Of a stretch of 64,000 nucleotides of DNA, positions 48,555 through 61,540 are shown piece by piece. Location of the stretch: assembly GCF_000372725.1 (NCBI RefSeq), contig NW_005202428.1:2952670-3016669 (forward strand), in the 5' to 3' direction. The translations under genes and the position numbers were made by a program. Positions within the stretch are counted from its first letter, which is position 1; the number at the start of each line of letters is the position of its first letter. The notes under the pieces are model-generated. The model was not told the DNA's origin. It saw nothing but the letters and a program-made list of their open reading frames with translations, and did not search any database. The DNA comes from Emiliania huxleyi CCMP1516. Taxonomy: Eukaryota.

Positions 48555-49693
48555 GCCCCTGCGCGTGTATATCTCTGTTTATCCCTTCTCCTGTGACGCC
48601 TTGACACGGTTCTTTGTTCGCGCGTGTGTGCGTGCGTGTGCCGTATCGCGTATGGTGTATGGTGTTGGTGTGCCGTGTGCGTGCTGTGTGTCGGGCGCGT
48701 GAAAGCGAGCAAGCAAGAAAAAAACTGGAGCGTGGGTAGCGGGCCGACTACACGGTAAGGCATACGCGATACGGACCTTGCAGTAAACCTTTTCCTTCTA
48801 AGCAGGGCTACACAATGACCCCATAGTGTGTGGGTGTTTCTGGCGAGTCGTGATGAGTAGAATTAGATTAGCCAATGTTATTTTGAAGTTCATATATGAA
48901 AATACCAACTTGCCTATGTGCACGTCTCCGCGGCAGCGGCCCGGAGGCGGCCCGGCGGAGCGGTCAGAGCACTGCGCCGGCCGGCGATCGACTCTCGACT
49001 ATAACACGGGCTCTATTGAATGGCCTCAAGGTGCTCTCTAGGGCTGCCCTATTCCGCTCGCCCGGCTACGTCGCTGAGCTTCGAAGGAAAAGGTTTCGCT
49101 CGGCACGGCGTCGGAGAGCAAACTTCGGCGTTCGTCCTATTTGGAATGCTGGACGCACGTCGGCAAGTGGGCCGATGACCAGGCGGGCTGCTGCTCAGAA
49201 TCTGGGCCCTCTTGGCGACCGCTCTCGCGCTCTCCATAATGGCTTTGCCCCCTCCCTCCCGCGCCGACGTTGGGCAGCCCGACCACGACAACGCCAGTGC
49301 CGCCGGCCTGCAGCTCGAGGCGCCGTTGAATGAGCACGAGAGCCGGTGCACGACGGCGGCGCGGGTGATGCAGCCCAAGGTGACGACGACGGCGGAGGGG
49401 GCGGCGGCGGAGGGGGCGGCGGCGGCAGCGGCGACGGCCGCGGGGTCGGCCCGCCCGCCTTTGCTGCTGGGCTGTGGGCATCATCACAGCTCAACGTGAA
49501 GTCAAGGCGCGGAAGCTTCAGTGGGCACTTTTCGCGTCATTTGCCACGCATATAGCGCCGCGGACCGGTCTACCGGACCCGCCCCTGATCTTGCTCTCTT
49601 CCTCGACTCGACCTTCCGCGATCTTTCTCGACTACCTGATGCTGAGTTCCCGTAGCCCTGGGGGGTGCGCGTTCGCAGGGAAAGGGCCATAAA

Positions 49694-49807
49694 GTAAACA
49701 CGGGTCTCCGAGGGTTGGTTCCGTGTACCGGGTTTCCCCTTAACTTCAGAACGCCCCCTCTACTCGGAGCTAGTAGACACGACACTGTACACCACGCACG
49801 TACACAG
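49694..49807. repeat. Dispersed repeat (second copy at about 55050-55147)
   Basis: Shared GTAAAC.CGGGTCTCCGAG...CCGTGTACCGGGTTTCCC...CTACTCGGAGCTAGT.GACAC...CACGTACAC. Confidence 0.75.
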
Positions 49808-49815
49808 GTCCTCAC

Positions 49816-51680
49816 TCAGCATCCCGTCCCAGGGTTCCACCGCCCGCCTTCACGGGGCTCCGGTTCTCCCTGATTCGCTCTTTTATTCGCCAGCCGAGCG
49901 TCGCCTGACGGCCGCTGTAGCCGTTTCTGATGTCTCTTCTTTGGCCGAGGTCTCGCCTCCGCTTCACCTCCGACTGGTACTGCCGCCTCCGAGAGCGTCG
50001 ACTGCCCTGCTGAAGTTACCCCGGGCGAGGACGGCGGCATTGGGTCGCGTCGCTCCCCCTCCCAGGGAGGTCGGGCCCGTTCTCCCTGGCCGACGAGTCG
50101 TGCCCGCCCCCGCGGCCTCTCTATCGTTCTCGGCCCGCCCCTCCCCTCCACCGGCTCCTCCCCAAGCTCGGGGGGCCGTGGCTCCCCTTGTCGTAGATCA
50201 CGGTGGTCCGGCTGCCGCCGCGACGGGTCTACCCCCGGTGGGCTCGCATGGCCCGACTCCACTCGCAGAGGCCGAGTCAGCTGCTCAGCTCGACCCTCCC
50301 CTCCCCCGACAGTTGACTCCAGGCCTCACTCGGGGCCCTCCGGTCCTGGCCTTCCGGTTCGCCGGATGGCCCGCTGTCTTCCCACGGCACCTCCCCCCCC
50401 TCGGTCCCCTCCCCCGGGTACTCCAGCCTCCGACGGGGCGGTTCCGGCCCCCCCAGGCTCCGCGCGGGTCGGTGCGGTGACGACCACGTCGGCGGCGGGG
50501 GCGGAGGCGGCGGAGGGGGGGGGTGGGTACGGTGGCGGTACCGGCGGTCGCATCGCTCGGTACGGGGCCTCAGAGGCGGCCCCTCGACCCAGCGGCCGCT
50601 CCAGCGGTGGGGGCGGAGGCGGTGGTGGGGGGGGCGGGTATGGTGGCGGTGCTGGCGGCCGCAACGCCTGGCGCGGGGCCTCGGGGGCGGCCCCCTGCCC
50701 CTGCGGTCGTTTCAGACGCGGTTCCACACGTCGGCCGTCTACCACACTCGGGGGGGGGGGGCTAGTCCTTGTCTCCCCTCGAGAAGGGAAGGGGCCAGGG
50801 CCCGGATTTGCCGACGGCCCCGCCTCTCCCTCCCCCCGCTCCGCACCAGGCCGTAGACTGCGCAGCAGCCGCGCCGCCTCCCCCCTCACCCGGCCCCCCT
50901 CGATTCGGTCCCGCACCGACCGGATATCAAAGGCCGAGTTGTGTTCGGACAGCGGGCCCGCCGATGCCACACGCCTCTTCACACAGCAGGCGTACGCCTT
51001 CATCGCCTGCCTCCCCGACGGCGTCGGTCCCGGTGCAATGTCGTTGACGAGGTAGTCCTCCCCCCCCCCCCGGAAAACCTGTCCAAGAAGGTCTGTCGAG
51101 CCAACTAGTCGTTTAGCCAGGCCCCACACCTCCCGTGCCTGTACTGGCCTGAGCACGCCGGTGCTGGCCGCGAACGGCAGACCGATCGCCCTAAGTTCTG
51201 CCAGGATCGCCCTCTCGCCCGCCACCGCGGTCTCTTGATCCATCTCGGCTTCTCGGATCGCCTTCTCCCGTTGTCTTGCTCTGTCTGCTGCCGGCACGAA
51301 CCTCACCGGGCTGCCTCGTGCCCTTCCTGGCAAGATCCGCGTCGGGGGAGGCCGACCCCCAGGTTCAGCCCGGCTCGGGGTGCGCTCGCCCGTTGCGACG
51401 GTTGCCCCCCCCTCGCCGCCGACCCGTCTCCTTGACCTTGTCTCCTCTTCTCACCGACCACAGGGGCCGCGCAGCCGAAACACACAAACACCCCCTGTCC
51501 CTGCATGGCGTGGCACAGGCGCGTCTTCATCCCCTCCTCCGCTTCCCCTTCCACCCGCTCAGAGATCCGTTCAAGGATGGCGCTAACCACACCCCTTCAG
51601 CCACTTTCGTAGCCGCAGGTCCGTCCTCCGGCTTCACGTGGAACAGTGTGCGAACTTTATTGCCGCACCCAAGACCGGCT
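49816..51680 (-). pseudogene. Broken Pro-rich ORF, possibly a retroelement ORF1/gag-like remnant
   Basis: Consecutive - strand ORF pieces (51303-51590, 50326-51333, 49816-50262) with CxxC (VCFGC) and PPPY runs; codon usage unlike host genes; no diagnostic domain. Confidence 0.3.
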
Positions 51681-51751
51681 AAAGGCTAAATTCTTTTCCG
51701 CAGTGGTGTACCTGTGTTAGTGCCAGTGCGCGCCAGTCCCGTGCCCAGTGT

Positions 51752-51900
51752 AAAGAAAGAAAGAAAGAAAACACACAACCCAAGGGAGGGATGGGAGAAC
51801 GGCACGCCGCCACCACACAGGGATTTTAAGGAGAGGAGAGTGTGATGCGCTAGCCGTCGCCCACCCTGGGAAGTCTGCCTCTTCGTATCTCTTTTCCCCT
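51752..51900 (-). mobile_element. 5'-truncated LINE 3' end (family A)
   Basis: Matches 1104-1240; (GAAA)n on the + strand; flanked by CAGTGT on both sides. Confidence 0.8.
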
Positions 51901-51970
51901 GCGCAGTGTTTTCGGAGGTGCAAAACGGTAAAATTCTTTTCCGTTGGGCAGTGCTACTCGTGTGATCGCG

Positions 51971-52753
51971 ATGACACGATTTCGGCCCTGCATCGATCTC
52001 CACGCGGGCGTCGTCAAGCAGATTGTCGGCTCGACGCTGTCGGACGACCCGGACCGGCCGCCGGTCGAGAACTTCGTCGCGAAGCGCTCGCCCGCGGAGT
52101 TTGCGGCGCTCTACGCGCAGGCGCAGCTCGAGGGCGGCCACGTCATCATGCTAGGGCCCGGCAACGAGGCGTCGGCGCTCGCCGCGCTCGCCGCGTACCC
52201 GGGCGGCCTGCAGATTGGCGGCGGCATCAACCCGCAGAACGCGACTCGCTACCTCGACGCTGGCGCGTCGCACGTCATCGTGACGTCGTACGTCTTTCGC
52301 GACGGCAGGCTGGACGAGGAGCGGCTCGCAGAGATGGTGAAGGCCGTGGGGCCGCGCCGCCTCGTGCTCGATCTCTCGTGTCGCCGGCGTGCGCCCGGGG
52401 GGCCCTTCTACGTCGTCACCGACCGATGGCAGAAGTTCACCGACCTGACGGTGGACGGCACGACTCTGCGGCGGCTGGCCGCGAGCTGCGCCGAGTTTTT
52501 GGTGCACGCCGTCGACGTCGAGGGGAAGCAGTCGGGCGTCGAGCGAGAGCTGGTCGAGGTCCTCGGCCGCGAATCGCCCCTCCCCGTGACGTACGCGGGC
52601 GGCGCTCGCTCGCTCGAGGACCTCGACCTCGTGGCGCAGCTGTCCTGCGGGCGGGTCGACGTCACCGTGGGCTCGGCGCTCGACATCTTTGGCGGGGGCT
52701 TGTCGTTTGACGCCACGGTGGCGTGGGACGGGAGGCAGCGTGCGGCGGCGTAG
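51971..52753 (+). CDS. HIS6: ProFAR isomerase (His6/HISN3 type), intronless
   Basis: MTRFRPCIDLHAGVVKQIVGSTL, GGHVIMLG, LQIGGGI, GASHVIVTSYVF, LVLDLSCR, EFLVHAVDVEG, VTYAGG, VGSALDIFGG. Confidence 0.97.
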   Translation: MTRFRPCIDLHAGVVKQIVGSTLSDDPDRPPVENFVAKRSPAEFAALYAQAQLEGGHVIMLGPGNEASALAALAAYPGGLQIGGGINPQNATRYLDAGASHVIVTSYVFRDGRLDEERLAEMVKAVGPRRLVLDLSCRRRAPGGPFYVVTDRWQKFTDLTVDGTTLRRLAASCAEFLVHAVDVEGKQSGVERELVEVLGRESPLPVTYAGGARSLEDLDLVAQLSCGRVDVTVGSALDIFGGGLSFDATVAWDGRQRAAA

Positions 52754-53374
52754 CGCGCCGTCGCCCTCCCTCTGATCGCGGCATGTGAGAGAAAGATGAA
52801 CAAGGGGGGGCTCCCTCCGGAAACTCCGCTCTTTCGGGACGCTCTTTTTCAAGAAGAAAAAACTCGGGGTTCCCGGGGTGGAACCCATGTTTGTATCCCT
52901 TGGGTCAAATGTTCATGCCGGAGAGGACAAAGGGTTTCCCCCCCCCCCGGGGAAATTTGCCCCCGCCCCCCCCCCCCCCCCCGCGCCCGGCCGGCCCCCG
53001 CCGGGCCCGCTCGCGGTCTCGCGCGTCTTCCGCTCTCGCGCGCGCGACTCGAGGCTGCGAAACCGAAAGTTTATTATTGTCACGACTGCGGTGTGCCCGA
53101 GGGACGAGCCACACAGGGCACTGGAATGGCCGAGGCGCGCGCACACACGGGACTACACCGACCCGACGGCACGTCGGCGGGGCGTGCCGCGGGGGGGCGC
53201 CTGTGAGAGCGACCGAGAAGCGGGCGACGTACCAAGAAGCGCAATCCGGGGCGGCTCGCCCGTTCGGGCTGAGCGAATCGACCGAAACACACACACACAG
53301 AAGAGAGCGAGTGGGCGGCGGGGGCCGCCCTCACAAGCCGCAAGTTGGCCGCAGGGCGCAGCCAGGGTGGAAGC

Positions 53375-54005
53375 TCACGTCGACTTGCGCCAGAGCCGCT
53401 TGACCGTGCCTGTGATGCCCTCGCCCGTCAGGTTGAGGCGGAGGAAGCCGAGCAGAGTCACGCCCGTCAGGCCGAGCATCGCGACGCGGCTCGGCCCCTT
53501 CGCGCCCTTGCCGAGGAACTTTTCGGCGTAGTCGGCGATGACGCAGTTCATGGCGAAGTGGGCGTGCAGCGGGAAGGCGACGCCGAGGGCGAGGTCCACC
53601 TGCGAAGGGACCGGGGGCGCTGGGCGCGCGCCACTCGAGGCTCGAGCGGCCGCCGCACGCAGAGGCCCACGCCGGCATCGCGAGCAGCGAGGGAGAGACG
53701 GCAAAGGCGACTGGCGTGAGGCCGAGCAGCGCCCAGTTGAGCTTGTGGTACTGCGCCATGAGCGGGCCGGACGTGTCTGGCGCGAGCACATCTTGCGCCG
53801 GCTTGGCTGCGGGCAACGAGGGCGCCGCGCGGGGTGAGGGTGCTCTTGAGGCGCGGGGAGGGGGGGAGGGGAGCGCGGAGAGAACGGGAGGGGAGGAATG
53901 GAGGGCAGGGGGTACGCGAGGCCGGACGGAATGGCGGGCGGGACTCGCACCCGCGCGGAAGCCTCGCGACAGCCGCGGAGCGACAAGGGCGGCCCTGGAG
54001 AGCAT
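53375..54005 (-). CDS. SDH4: Succinate dehydrogenase cytochrome b small subunit (CybS), 3 exons
   Basis: Mitochondrial presequence MLSRAALVAPRLSRGF; VDLALGVAFPLHAHFAMNCVIADY; GITGTVKRLW. Confidence 0.9.
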
Positions 54006-55575
54006 TGATGATCGGGGCACGACGGACTGCCTCGCTCGGCGTCGGTGTTTGAAGGGTATTTCTTTTTCTCTCTTTTTTTCTAGAGTGATCTGAGCTGAAA
54101 ACGGCGCCTCAACCAACGGTATGGCGGGTGGAGTGCTCTCTACTGCCGCGGCGCCCCTGTCGGTTCGGAGGCGACCGGCTGCTCTCGCGGCGCCGAGGCG
54201 TGCCGCTTTGGTCATGTCACGGGCGCTGCGAGGTGTCTCTTGGCATGTCGGCGCTTGGCATGGACGCCAGGAAGCTCGCCTTCCTTGCCTGCGGCCGCGG
54301 GCGTGCGGGTGGGCACGCCAGGCTCGGCGACGCTCCGCGCGGGTCTTCGTACTTCGAGCTCGCGACCCGCGACGAGCCAGCATGGCTCGTCGCTCGACGG
54401 GAGCCTGCCCAGCATGCTCTCGGCACTCTGTACAGCCTCGACAAGGGGGCAACGTGTCGACCTCTCTCTCTGGTGCACCACGGGCCGCGACGGCCTGCTA
54501 GCAGCTGGCGCGAGGAGGCAGTGTGCCGGCAGCCCGGCACAGTCGAGCCGGAGCATCGGGTTCTTGATGCTTGTGGGGGTCAAGTTTGACCTTATGTGGC
54601 ATAATATGCAACAATAAGGCTATGCTATCTCCCGGCTTTTTGAGATATGATCCCTCAAAGTCGAATTATGGTCGAGCACTTGAGCACTGGATAGGGTCGA
54701 TTCCGCATGGCACGGGACCCCTCGATCGTCTCGCCCTCCCTCACTGGTGTGTTCATTGGGGGGGGGCATAACAAACACGGTGCAGGATCGAGGTGCACGC
54801 TGCCGAAGCAGTGTCGTCCCCCCTCTCCCCGACGGCGATGGCGGTGTGACCGATTACTAGTGACCATAGTACCGTCTGTCTTGTTTGCGTTTCTTCCAAC
54901 GAATACGACTTTAAAGTCTCGACAATCACTAAGCTGCTTATGTGGCACCGCAGAGGCTCCCTTGGGGATGCCTGAGGCCACCCCAACCAGTCACCAAGCC
55001 TTGCGTGGACGAATTCAAACCTACTTTTATGGTTTACCCACACTAAGCGAGTAAACGCGGGTCTCCGAGAGGGCTCCGTGTACCGGGTTTCCCTACTCGG
55101 AGCTAGTGGACACGGACGCGACACCACACGTCACGTACACGTACACGACTGCCTAATGCGTTCTGCTCTCCTTCCTTTTGCTTTTCGCTTTTGTCACCGA
55201 CTGGCGCGCGCGCTCTCTCTCTCTCTTGCTTGTTGCGTGTGAGTGTGTGTGAAGAATAGCTCCGCCGTTCATGGAGGCACCGATGCGAGTCGACTGGTGT
55301 GTGTCGTCGTGGTTTCGTATCAAGAATAACTCACTCAACACTCACGCACTCACTCACTCACTTGTTGCGTCCTACTGCTTTCAGAACCTTCCTTTTACCT
55401 AGACGCCGGCCGCCACGAGGCAGGCTCCACGCCTGTGCAACTCTCGGCGTTCCAAACGATGAGAGGTTGGGGTGCGAGCCCTGGAGACCCCAAGGGCCGA
55501 AGGCGGAAGGGAGGAGACTCGCCGGGTACCCGGTTACACACCGGGTGGCAGCGGCTGGGCCCCCAGCCAAGAGCA

Positions 55576-57030
55576 ATGATGCCCGGGCAGCCAACCCAGC
55601 CACGCCGCGCGGGCAGCCCCTCGCCCACCCGCGCCGGTGTGCCGCGGACGAGCATGTCCGAGCGCATCCTCGCCGCGGAACAGCGGCTCGAGGCGCTCGA
55701 CCGGGAGCGCGAGGTCGCCGCCGCCGACCTCACCGCGCTCCGGGAGCGGGCCGCCGCGCCGGCCACTGAGCGGCGCTTGCGGACGGCCTACGCGCTGTGG
55801 CTCTGCTGCCCCTTCTACCCCGCGTACGCGCTCTATCTCGGCCGCGACCTGCACGCGTGCCTCTACACGCTCACCCTCGGCGGCTTTGGCGTCGGCTGGC
55901 TGGTCGACGGCGCCTGCCTGCCGTGGTATGTTGCCGACTACAACGAGCCGCTCGGCTACCTCATGCGCGCGCAGCGGCGAGCGGCGGCGCGGCTCTTCGC
56001 GTGGCGCACGCTTCTCCTCCCGGCGCGCTGGCTCCTCGTCTCGGCAAGCTGCTCCCTCGCGGCGGCCCTCGCGGCGGCGGCGCTGCCGGTGAAGCGGCTC
56101 GAGGCGGCGGTGGGAGCCGAGCGCGCGGCGGTGGCGCGGCTCGTCGCGGGGCTGCTCGGCGCCACGGTTGGTGCCACCTGCGCCTGCCGCTGCGTCGCCG
56201 CCGTCCGCACGCGGGCGAGGCCGCAGAGGGCTCTGTTTTGGGGCGCGCTGCTGCTCTCGCTCGTGCTCGCGTCGGAGGAGGCGCGGGACAAGGTTGCGGA
56301 GGAGGGGGTGGCGCCCTCGCTCGCGGCGGTCTCGCTCTCCGTGGCGGTGGCGGCGATGGGCGGCGCCGCCTTCGACCCGTCGCTCTCTCCCTCGAGGGGC
56401 GGCCCGGCCGGGCTGGCGGCGCGGCTGCTGCTGCAGCTCGGCGGCGTGGGCGGCGTGGCGGCGGTGGCCGCCCTCTCCTTCCACCTCAACGGCGACGAGT
56501 GGCTGGGCAAGGACGGGCGCAAGAAGCTGCGCGAGGCTGGGGCGCAGCTCCACACGCTGTACGAGCAGCTCCGCGCGCGCTCCCTCGCCGACCACTGGGC
56601 GAGATCTAGCCGAGACGCGGCCGAGATCTTCCGAGATGCGGCCGAGATCTTCGCGCTCCCTCGCCGATCGGCGTCTGTGAGAGCGGCGGCGCGGCCCCAG
56701 AGGCACGCCCAGGGCGCCTCCCCGACACGTGCCCGCAGGCCGACCTGCGCGAGTTGCTGCGCGACCCAGGCGATGGCGCCGCGACGCCGCTCGGCCTCGC
56801 GACGTTTCCTTGACGTGTCCCGGACGCGTGTGCCAGGCGACGACGCCGCGACGCTGCTCGGCGTGGCGCGCGACGCTTCGCCCGCTGAGATCAAACAGGC
56901 GCACCGGCGACTCGCGCGGCTGCACCACCCGGACAAGCAGCAGGACGCGAGCCGCGAGGAGAAGGAGGAGGCGGAGCGGATGATGAGCCGGCTGAACGCC
57001 GCAAAGGACACGCTGCTGGGCGAGTCGTGA
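55576..57030 (+). CDS. TM2-domain + C-terminal J-domain protein (DNAJC22-like); start may be 55654
   Basis: AYALWL...LYLGRD...TLGGFGVGWLVD..LP.YV (TM2); LLGV...EIKQAHRRLARLHHPDK (J domain). Confidence 0.85.
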   Translation: MMPGQPTQPRRAGSPSPTRAGVPRTSMSERILAAEQRLEALDREREVAAADLTALRERAAAPATERRLRTAYALWLCCPFYPAYALYLGRDLHACLYTLTLGGFGVGWLVDGACLPWYVADYNEPLGYLMRAQRRAAARLFAWRTLLLPARWLLVSASCSLAAALAAAALPVKRLEAAVGAERAAVARLVAGLLGATVGATCACRCVAAVRTRARPQRALFWGALLLSLVLASEEARDKVAEEGVAPSLAAVSLSVAVAAMGGAAFDPSLSPSRGGPAGLAARLLLQLGGVGGVAAVAALSFHLNGDEWLGKDGRKKLREAGAQLHTLYEQLRARSLADHWARSSRDAAEIFRDAAEIFALPRRSASVRAAARPQRHAQGASPTRARRPTCASCCATQAMAPRRRSASRRFLDVSRTRVPGDDAATLLGVARDASPAEIKQAHRRLARLHHPDKQQDASREEKEEAERMMSRLNAAKDTLLGES

Positions 57031-57392
57031 GGCCGGCGGCCCCGTATGGCCGCGGGGGCTCCGCCACGCGGGATCGGTGTACAGGGGGGAGGGCGCCACG
57101 CGCGACGCGGGATCGGTGTACATGGGGGGAGGGCGGGGTCCGGAGAGAGACTGGACATTGCTCAACATTGGAGTTGCTTTCGCACCGCGGGCTCGAGGAG
57201 CTGCGAGGGAGATGATGTGCGCGGGGCATGTGTGCGGGGTCCCTCGCAGGATGGGTCGTTTCGTATTCGAGCTTTGACTCGAAAGCTACACAAGCATGCA
57301 CACAGAAGCACAACGTCACAAAACTCTCGCAGACCAGTCGCAGACAAGAGACAGTGCAGACAGCATCAGCAACGGATCTCAAAGAGTCAAGT

Positions 57393-59826
57393 TCATGCCG
57401 CGCCGCCCAAATCTCGCTCGATACAGGTTAGCAGCTCAGCCACCTGCGCGCTCGTCTCCGCGTCCATCGGCTCGAGGCTCGAACCGTCCTGGGCGACCGC
57501 CTCTCGAAGCCTTGGGAGCGCCTGGGGGCGAGTGGGGACGAGGACCGAACTCAGAGACGGCGTGACAAACGCACGACGACGCGGCGGGAGGAGAGGAGGC
57601 TTGGGAAGAGTGCTCGCCTTGCGGACCACATCGGCGCAGCGCTCCGTCGCCGAGAGGGCCGCGGCCGCCTCCACGGCAGCTGCCACCTCGGTCGCCGCAA
57701 GCCAGTCGCGCAGCTCGCCTAGAGCCGGCGAGCGAGCAAGCTGTGATCCGAGCTCCCGAGGGGTTGCGGACCGCCCCTCATCTCGGCAGACCCTCCAGGC
57801 TGAGGCGCGCGGCGTCGCTTGGGCTGCCAGAAGTGGCGTTGCCGAGCGCGCGCAAGCTGAGCACCTGCGAGGCGGCGGCGTTTTCGTCAGAGGACGGCCC
57901 CCGGACCGGGGTGGAGGAGGAGAGGGGCGGAGTGCCGGGGGGCTGCGAGGGGAGCATCAGCTGATTGGTCAAGAATCCTCAGGAGATCGGAAACGAGGAA
58001 TTCCAGTCTCGGTTGACGAAGCATCACGTGCTCGCGCAGTCGCGGTGTGGGCGCGGCGGTGGTGCGGCGAGAGCGGGGGGGGGGGGTCGCTCGAGAGGGG
58101 TTCGCGCCTCCCCGGCGAAGCTGATCGCCGCCGGCCGTACGCAAGCCGCGGCGTCGCGCACCGTCTGCTTGGCGGCCGTGGCGATCTGCTCCACGCGATC
58201 CGCGGCGAGCTCGCTCTCGCTCTCGCTGGCGAGGGCGAGGCGGCTCAGGACAGAGAGGAAGCCGTCCTGCACCGCCGCGGGGAGCGATCCCACCCGCTCC
58301 GCCGCAGGCAGCAACGCACGCCACGCGGACTCGAGCCAGTCCGCGCCCCCGTCCGCACAGAGCCCGAGCGCGGCTCCCGCCACGTCCAAGCAGCGACCGG
58401 CCAAGTCGGGCTCACCGTCGGCAGCGCCACCTCCGCCTCCGCCTCCGCCTCCGCCTCGTGCGCCGGCGGGCTGGTCCTCGCGGGGCCGCTTGCCCTTTTG
58501 CTTCCGGCGGGAGGAGAGCGCAGCGACGCGCTGGAGCTCGCCGCTGAGGAGTGCGAGCAGGCCGGGCTTGTGGGAGGGGGCGAGGAGCTGCGTCGGCGGC
58601 AGCAGCCGCACGACGGCGGCCAGGCCGGAGGGAGCGGCATCGGCGGCAGCCGACAGCACGTTGGCCAGCCCTTCGAGGGCGATGAGCTGCGCTCGGGAAG
58701 GTGGCGCCTCCTCGACGAGCGGCGAGCAAGCGGCGCCAGCGAGAAGGCGCAGCGCCGCTCCTGCAGGCGCGGCGCGGGTCTCGGGCACTGCAGGTCCCAG
58801 GAGCACCGGCGCGCGCGGATCCGGGAGCTTTAGGCGCGGGCGGGGGGGCGTGGCGCTCAGACATCCAAGGAAGAGTTGGCCTTCATCGAGGGAGGATTGG
58901 TCCCTCGCTGAGGAATGAACTGCGAATGAAGTGCATCATCATCGCGCGTGGCGGGAATCGGCGGTGGTGGGAGGGGCGGTGGAGGGAGGGGCGGTGGAGG
59001 GAGGGGCGGTGGTGGGAGGGGCGATGGACGCACCCAACGCGTCGTCGGCCGCCACGGCTCCGCTGCCGCCGGCTGGCCCGCCCTCCGTCGGCGGGAGGGA
59101 GACGAGCACAGCGGCGGCAAGGACGAGGCGCTCGCTCGGCAGAGGCGTGGCCGAGGGAGCGGCAGCCGCGCCACCCTCGCCCGCGCTGCCTTCGCCGTTG
59201 CTCGCGTCCGAGAGGAGGGCAGCGGCGGCGGCTCGCACGTGATCGCTAGCGGGCTGGTCGAGCGCGCCGTCGGTCAAAGCTAGGATCAACTGCAGGGCGG
59301 CCACTGCCGCCGCCTCTGCGCCCTGAGACCCCCAGTCGCACAGCACCGCCACCTCGGCACCCGTCAGCCCCTCGGCAACCTCGGGCGCATTCTCAACCAG
59401 GGTCAAGAGGAAGCGGAGTTGGCGGCTGGCGGATACCAGACTGACGGGTCGCGACGCGTCGGTCGCTCCCAGATCGGCGAGCGCGCGGCGGTGCAGACCG
59501 TGGGCGACGGCAGCCGCGCAAAAGTCTGCGTTGGCGAGCGATCCCTCATGCAGCGCCTCCCACGCCGCCACACGAAGGCGTGGCGACGAGGAGGCCAAGC
59601 AGCGCTCGAGACCGCTGAGGAGGCGGGAGGATGCCTCCTCCGCGAGCGGCTGGGCGGCCGCCTCGAGCATGGCGACGATCTCAGGGAATTGGATCAGGGC
59701 GCCCCGCAGCTCTTCCGGCTGCACGTCCTTCCACTCGAGGACGGAGAGCACGGAGGCGAGAGCATCCTGCCAGCGCTGGCGCTGCTCGTCTCGGGCGGCG
59801 CGCCCGCGCTTCTTCTTCTTTGCCAT
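57393..59826 (-). CDS. ARM/HEAT-repeat protein (possibly HEATR3/Syo1-like), multi-exon
   Basis: Basic N-terminus MAKKKKRGR; helical repeats RLRVAAWEAL, QLIALEGLANVL, VLSLRALGN. Confidence 0.6.
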
Positions 59827-59899
59827 TGGCGAGGACCGGCACGCGACCCCAACGGTGGTGTGCGAAGAAGAATTTTACAACACAACACGATTCACGCGA

Positions 59900-60342
59900 G
59901 ATCCTCGACCCAGCCCTAGCTTGGGATGTCCGTTGTATTTATTTATTTATGAGATGCTCGAGAGCTTGCCGCGAGGGGCGGTCGAGGCCTCCGTTCGGCT
60001 GATGCGCGGTTACAACCGCACGGGCGAGTGGCCAGAGCCCATCCTCACCAGCCCTGCCCCGCAGCGCGGCCGCTCGCCAAGCCCCGTCGATGAGTGGTCA
60101 GATGGTTAGTGCCCGAGAGCGAGGGGTCCGGGGGGGAGCACAAACATAGGACGCCCAGCCTTGCCCTCGTGCCGCCGAGTGCATATCCTATGCGAGAGAG
60201 ATCCCCTGTGCCCTGTGCCCAGCCCTCTCCGCACGGCGATGCGTCCTCCCCCCTCGCTTTTGCAAAATCCTGCAAAGGTGGGGACGTGTCTGTCCTCGAC
60301 CCAGCCCTAGCTTGGGATGTCCGTTGTATTTATTTATTTATT
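59900..60342 (+). mobile_element. Two stacked LINE 3' ends with (ATTT)n tails
   Basis: TCCTCGACCCAGCCCTAGCTTGGGATGTCCGTTGTATTTATTTATTTAT at 59902-59950 and 60293-60341; terminal GTCCGTT..ATTT as in 40750-40772 (-). Confidence 0.7.
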
Positions 60343-60429
60343 ACGCGACAGCACGGGCGACGGCTTCCACAGAAGCCGTCGTCCTCACCGTAGCCGTCGT
60401 CGGACCCCCAATGCGAAGAAGAAATTAAT

Positions 60430-61205
60430 CGTGGCATGGCTGCGGTTGCGATAGGTAGTGGGGAAGGCAGCCTCGATGGCCATACAGACATGGGTGCGAA
60501 ACAACGATAAGACCAAGGCACGGGCAGAGGAGAGAGAGAAGAATATAGGATGGATAAAGCGCCTGTTCACGGCATGGAGGGTGAGCCACGCCGAACGTAC
60601 CGAGCGTAGAGCCGAGCGGAAGGAAGCCGGGGAAGACGACTCCGAGGAGGACGAACCAGTGGAAATCCTGTTGTCAGCTGTCACGATGCCGAAGGGGACC
60701 CCAGCGCCGGCATCATCCGTGGAGGCACAAGTGTTAGAAGAGAGTGGACCTGAGCAACGATATGACTGGGCGGCAAATGATCGCAGTGGGCGTCAGAAGA
60801 GTCGTCCTTGCGCGAGGAGAGCTCGATAGACTCGAGGGGCCAAGATATGCCGCCAGGAGGGCGGAGTTGCGCCGAAAGGCGGGAGAAGCCGCGAGAGCAA
60901 GGGAGCGGCAGGCGGCGGCGGCGCCGCAGGACGAGGCAGAGGAGAGCGACGCGACAGAGGAAGAAGCGACAAGGGAGAGAACGACGAGAGTGGGACGACC
61001 GCGAGGTGGCATGAAGGTTGCAGCGAGAATCGGCGAGAGACTGCGAAGGGAGATAGGAAGAGGCGGACGACCAAGGGTTAGGGTGGGCGACGGCTAGCGC
61101 ATCACACCCCTCTCCTTAAAATCCCTGTGTGGTGGCGGCGTGCCGTCCTCCCATCCCTCCCTTGGCGCAAGCCGCTTGGGTTGCCCGTTCTCTTTCTTTC
61201 TTTTT
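60430..61205 (+). mobile_element. Longest family-A LINE 3' fragment (ORF C-terminus + 3' UTR + (TTTC)n)
   Basis: AIQTWVRNNDKTKARAEEREKNIGWIKRLFTAW is homologous to AVQRWIQLNDEATARIKKREEHIEWLRKLFTGW of the RNase H LINE; both ORFs end in DG*. Confidence 0.8.
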
Positions 61206-61329
61206 TAGTGAGCCGAGCCGGTGAGTGTGCCAGTCCGCGCCAGTCCGCGCCCTTGTCGTGCCAGTGTGCTGTGAGAGAGGCTTGTATTCTAAGAATTCTT
61301 TTTTGCTTGCGATATAGAGAATATAGACC

Positions 61330-61540
61330 CTCGACGCGAGGTGGCATGTAGGCTGCCGCGAGAATCGGCGAGAGACTGCGAGGAGAGAGAGGAAGAGGCA
61401 GATGCCCAAGGGCGGGCGACGGGCCGACGGCTAGCGGCTAGCAACACACCTTCCTTCCCGTGAAATCCCTGTGTGGTGGCTGGTGGCGGCGTGCCGTCCT
61501 CCCATCCCTCCTTTGCGCTTTGCTGTGTCTGTTTTCTTTC
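61330..61540 (+). mobile_element. Diverged family-A LINE 3' end
   Basis: GCGAGAATCGGCGAGAGACTGCGA...AAATCCCTGTGTGGTGGC...GCGTGCCGTCCTCCCATCCCTCC. Confidence 0.75.

Noticed and set aside
57046..58833. 595-aa + strand ORF
   Set aside because: Antisense shadow of the HEAT-repeat gene; Arg/Gly-rich with no domain
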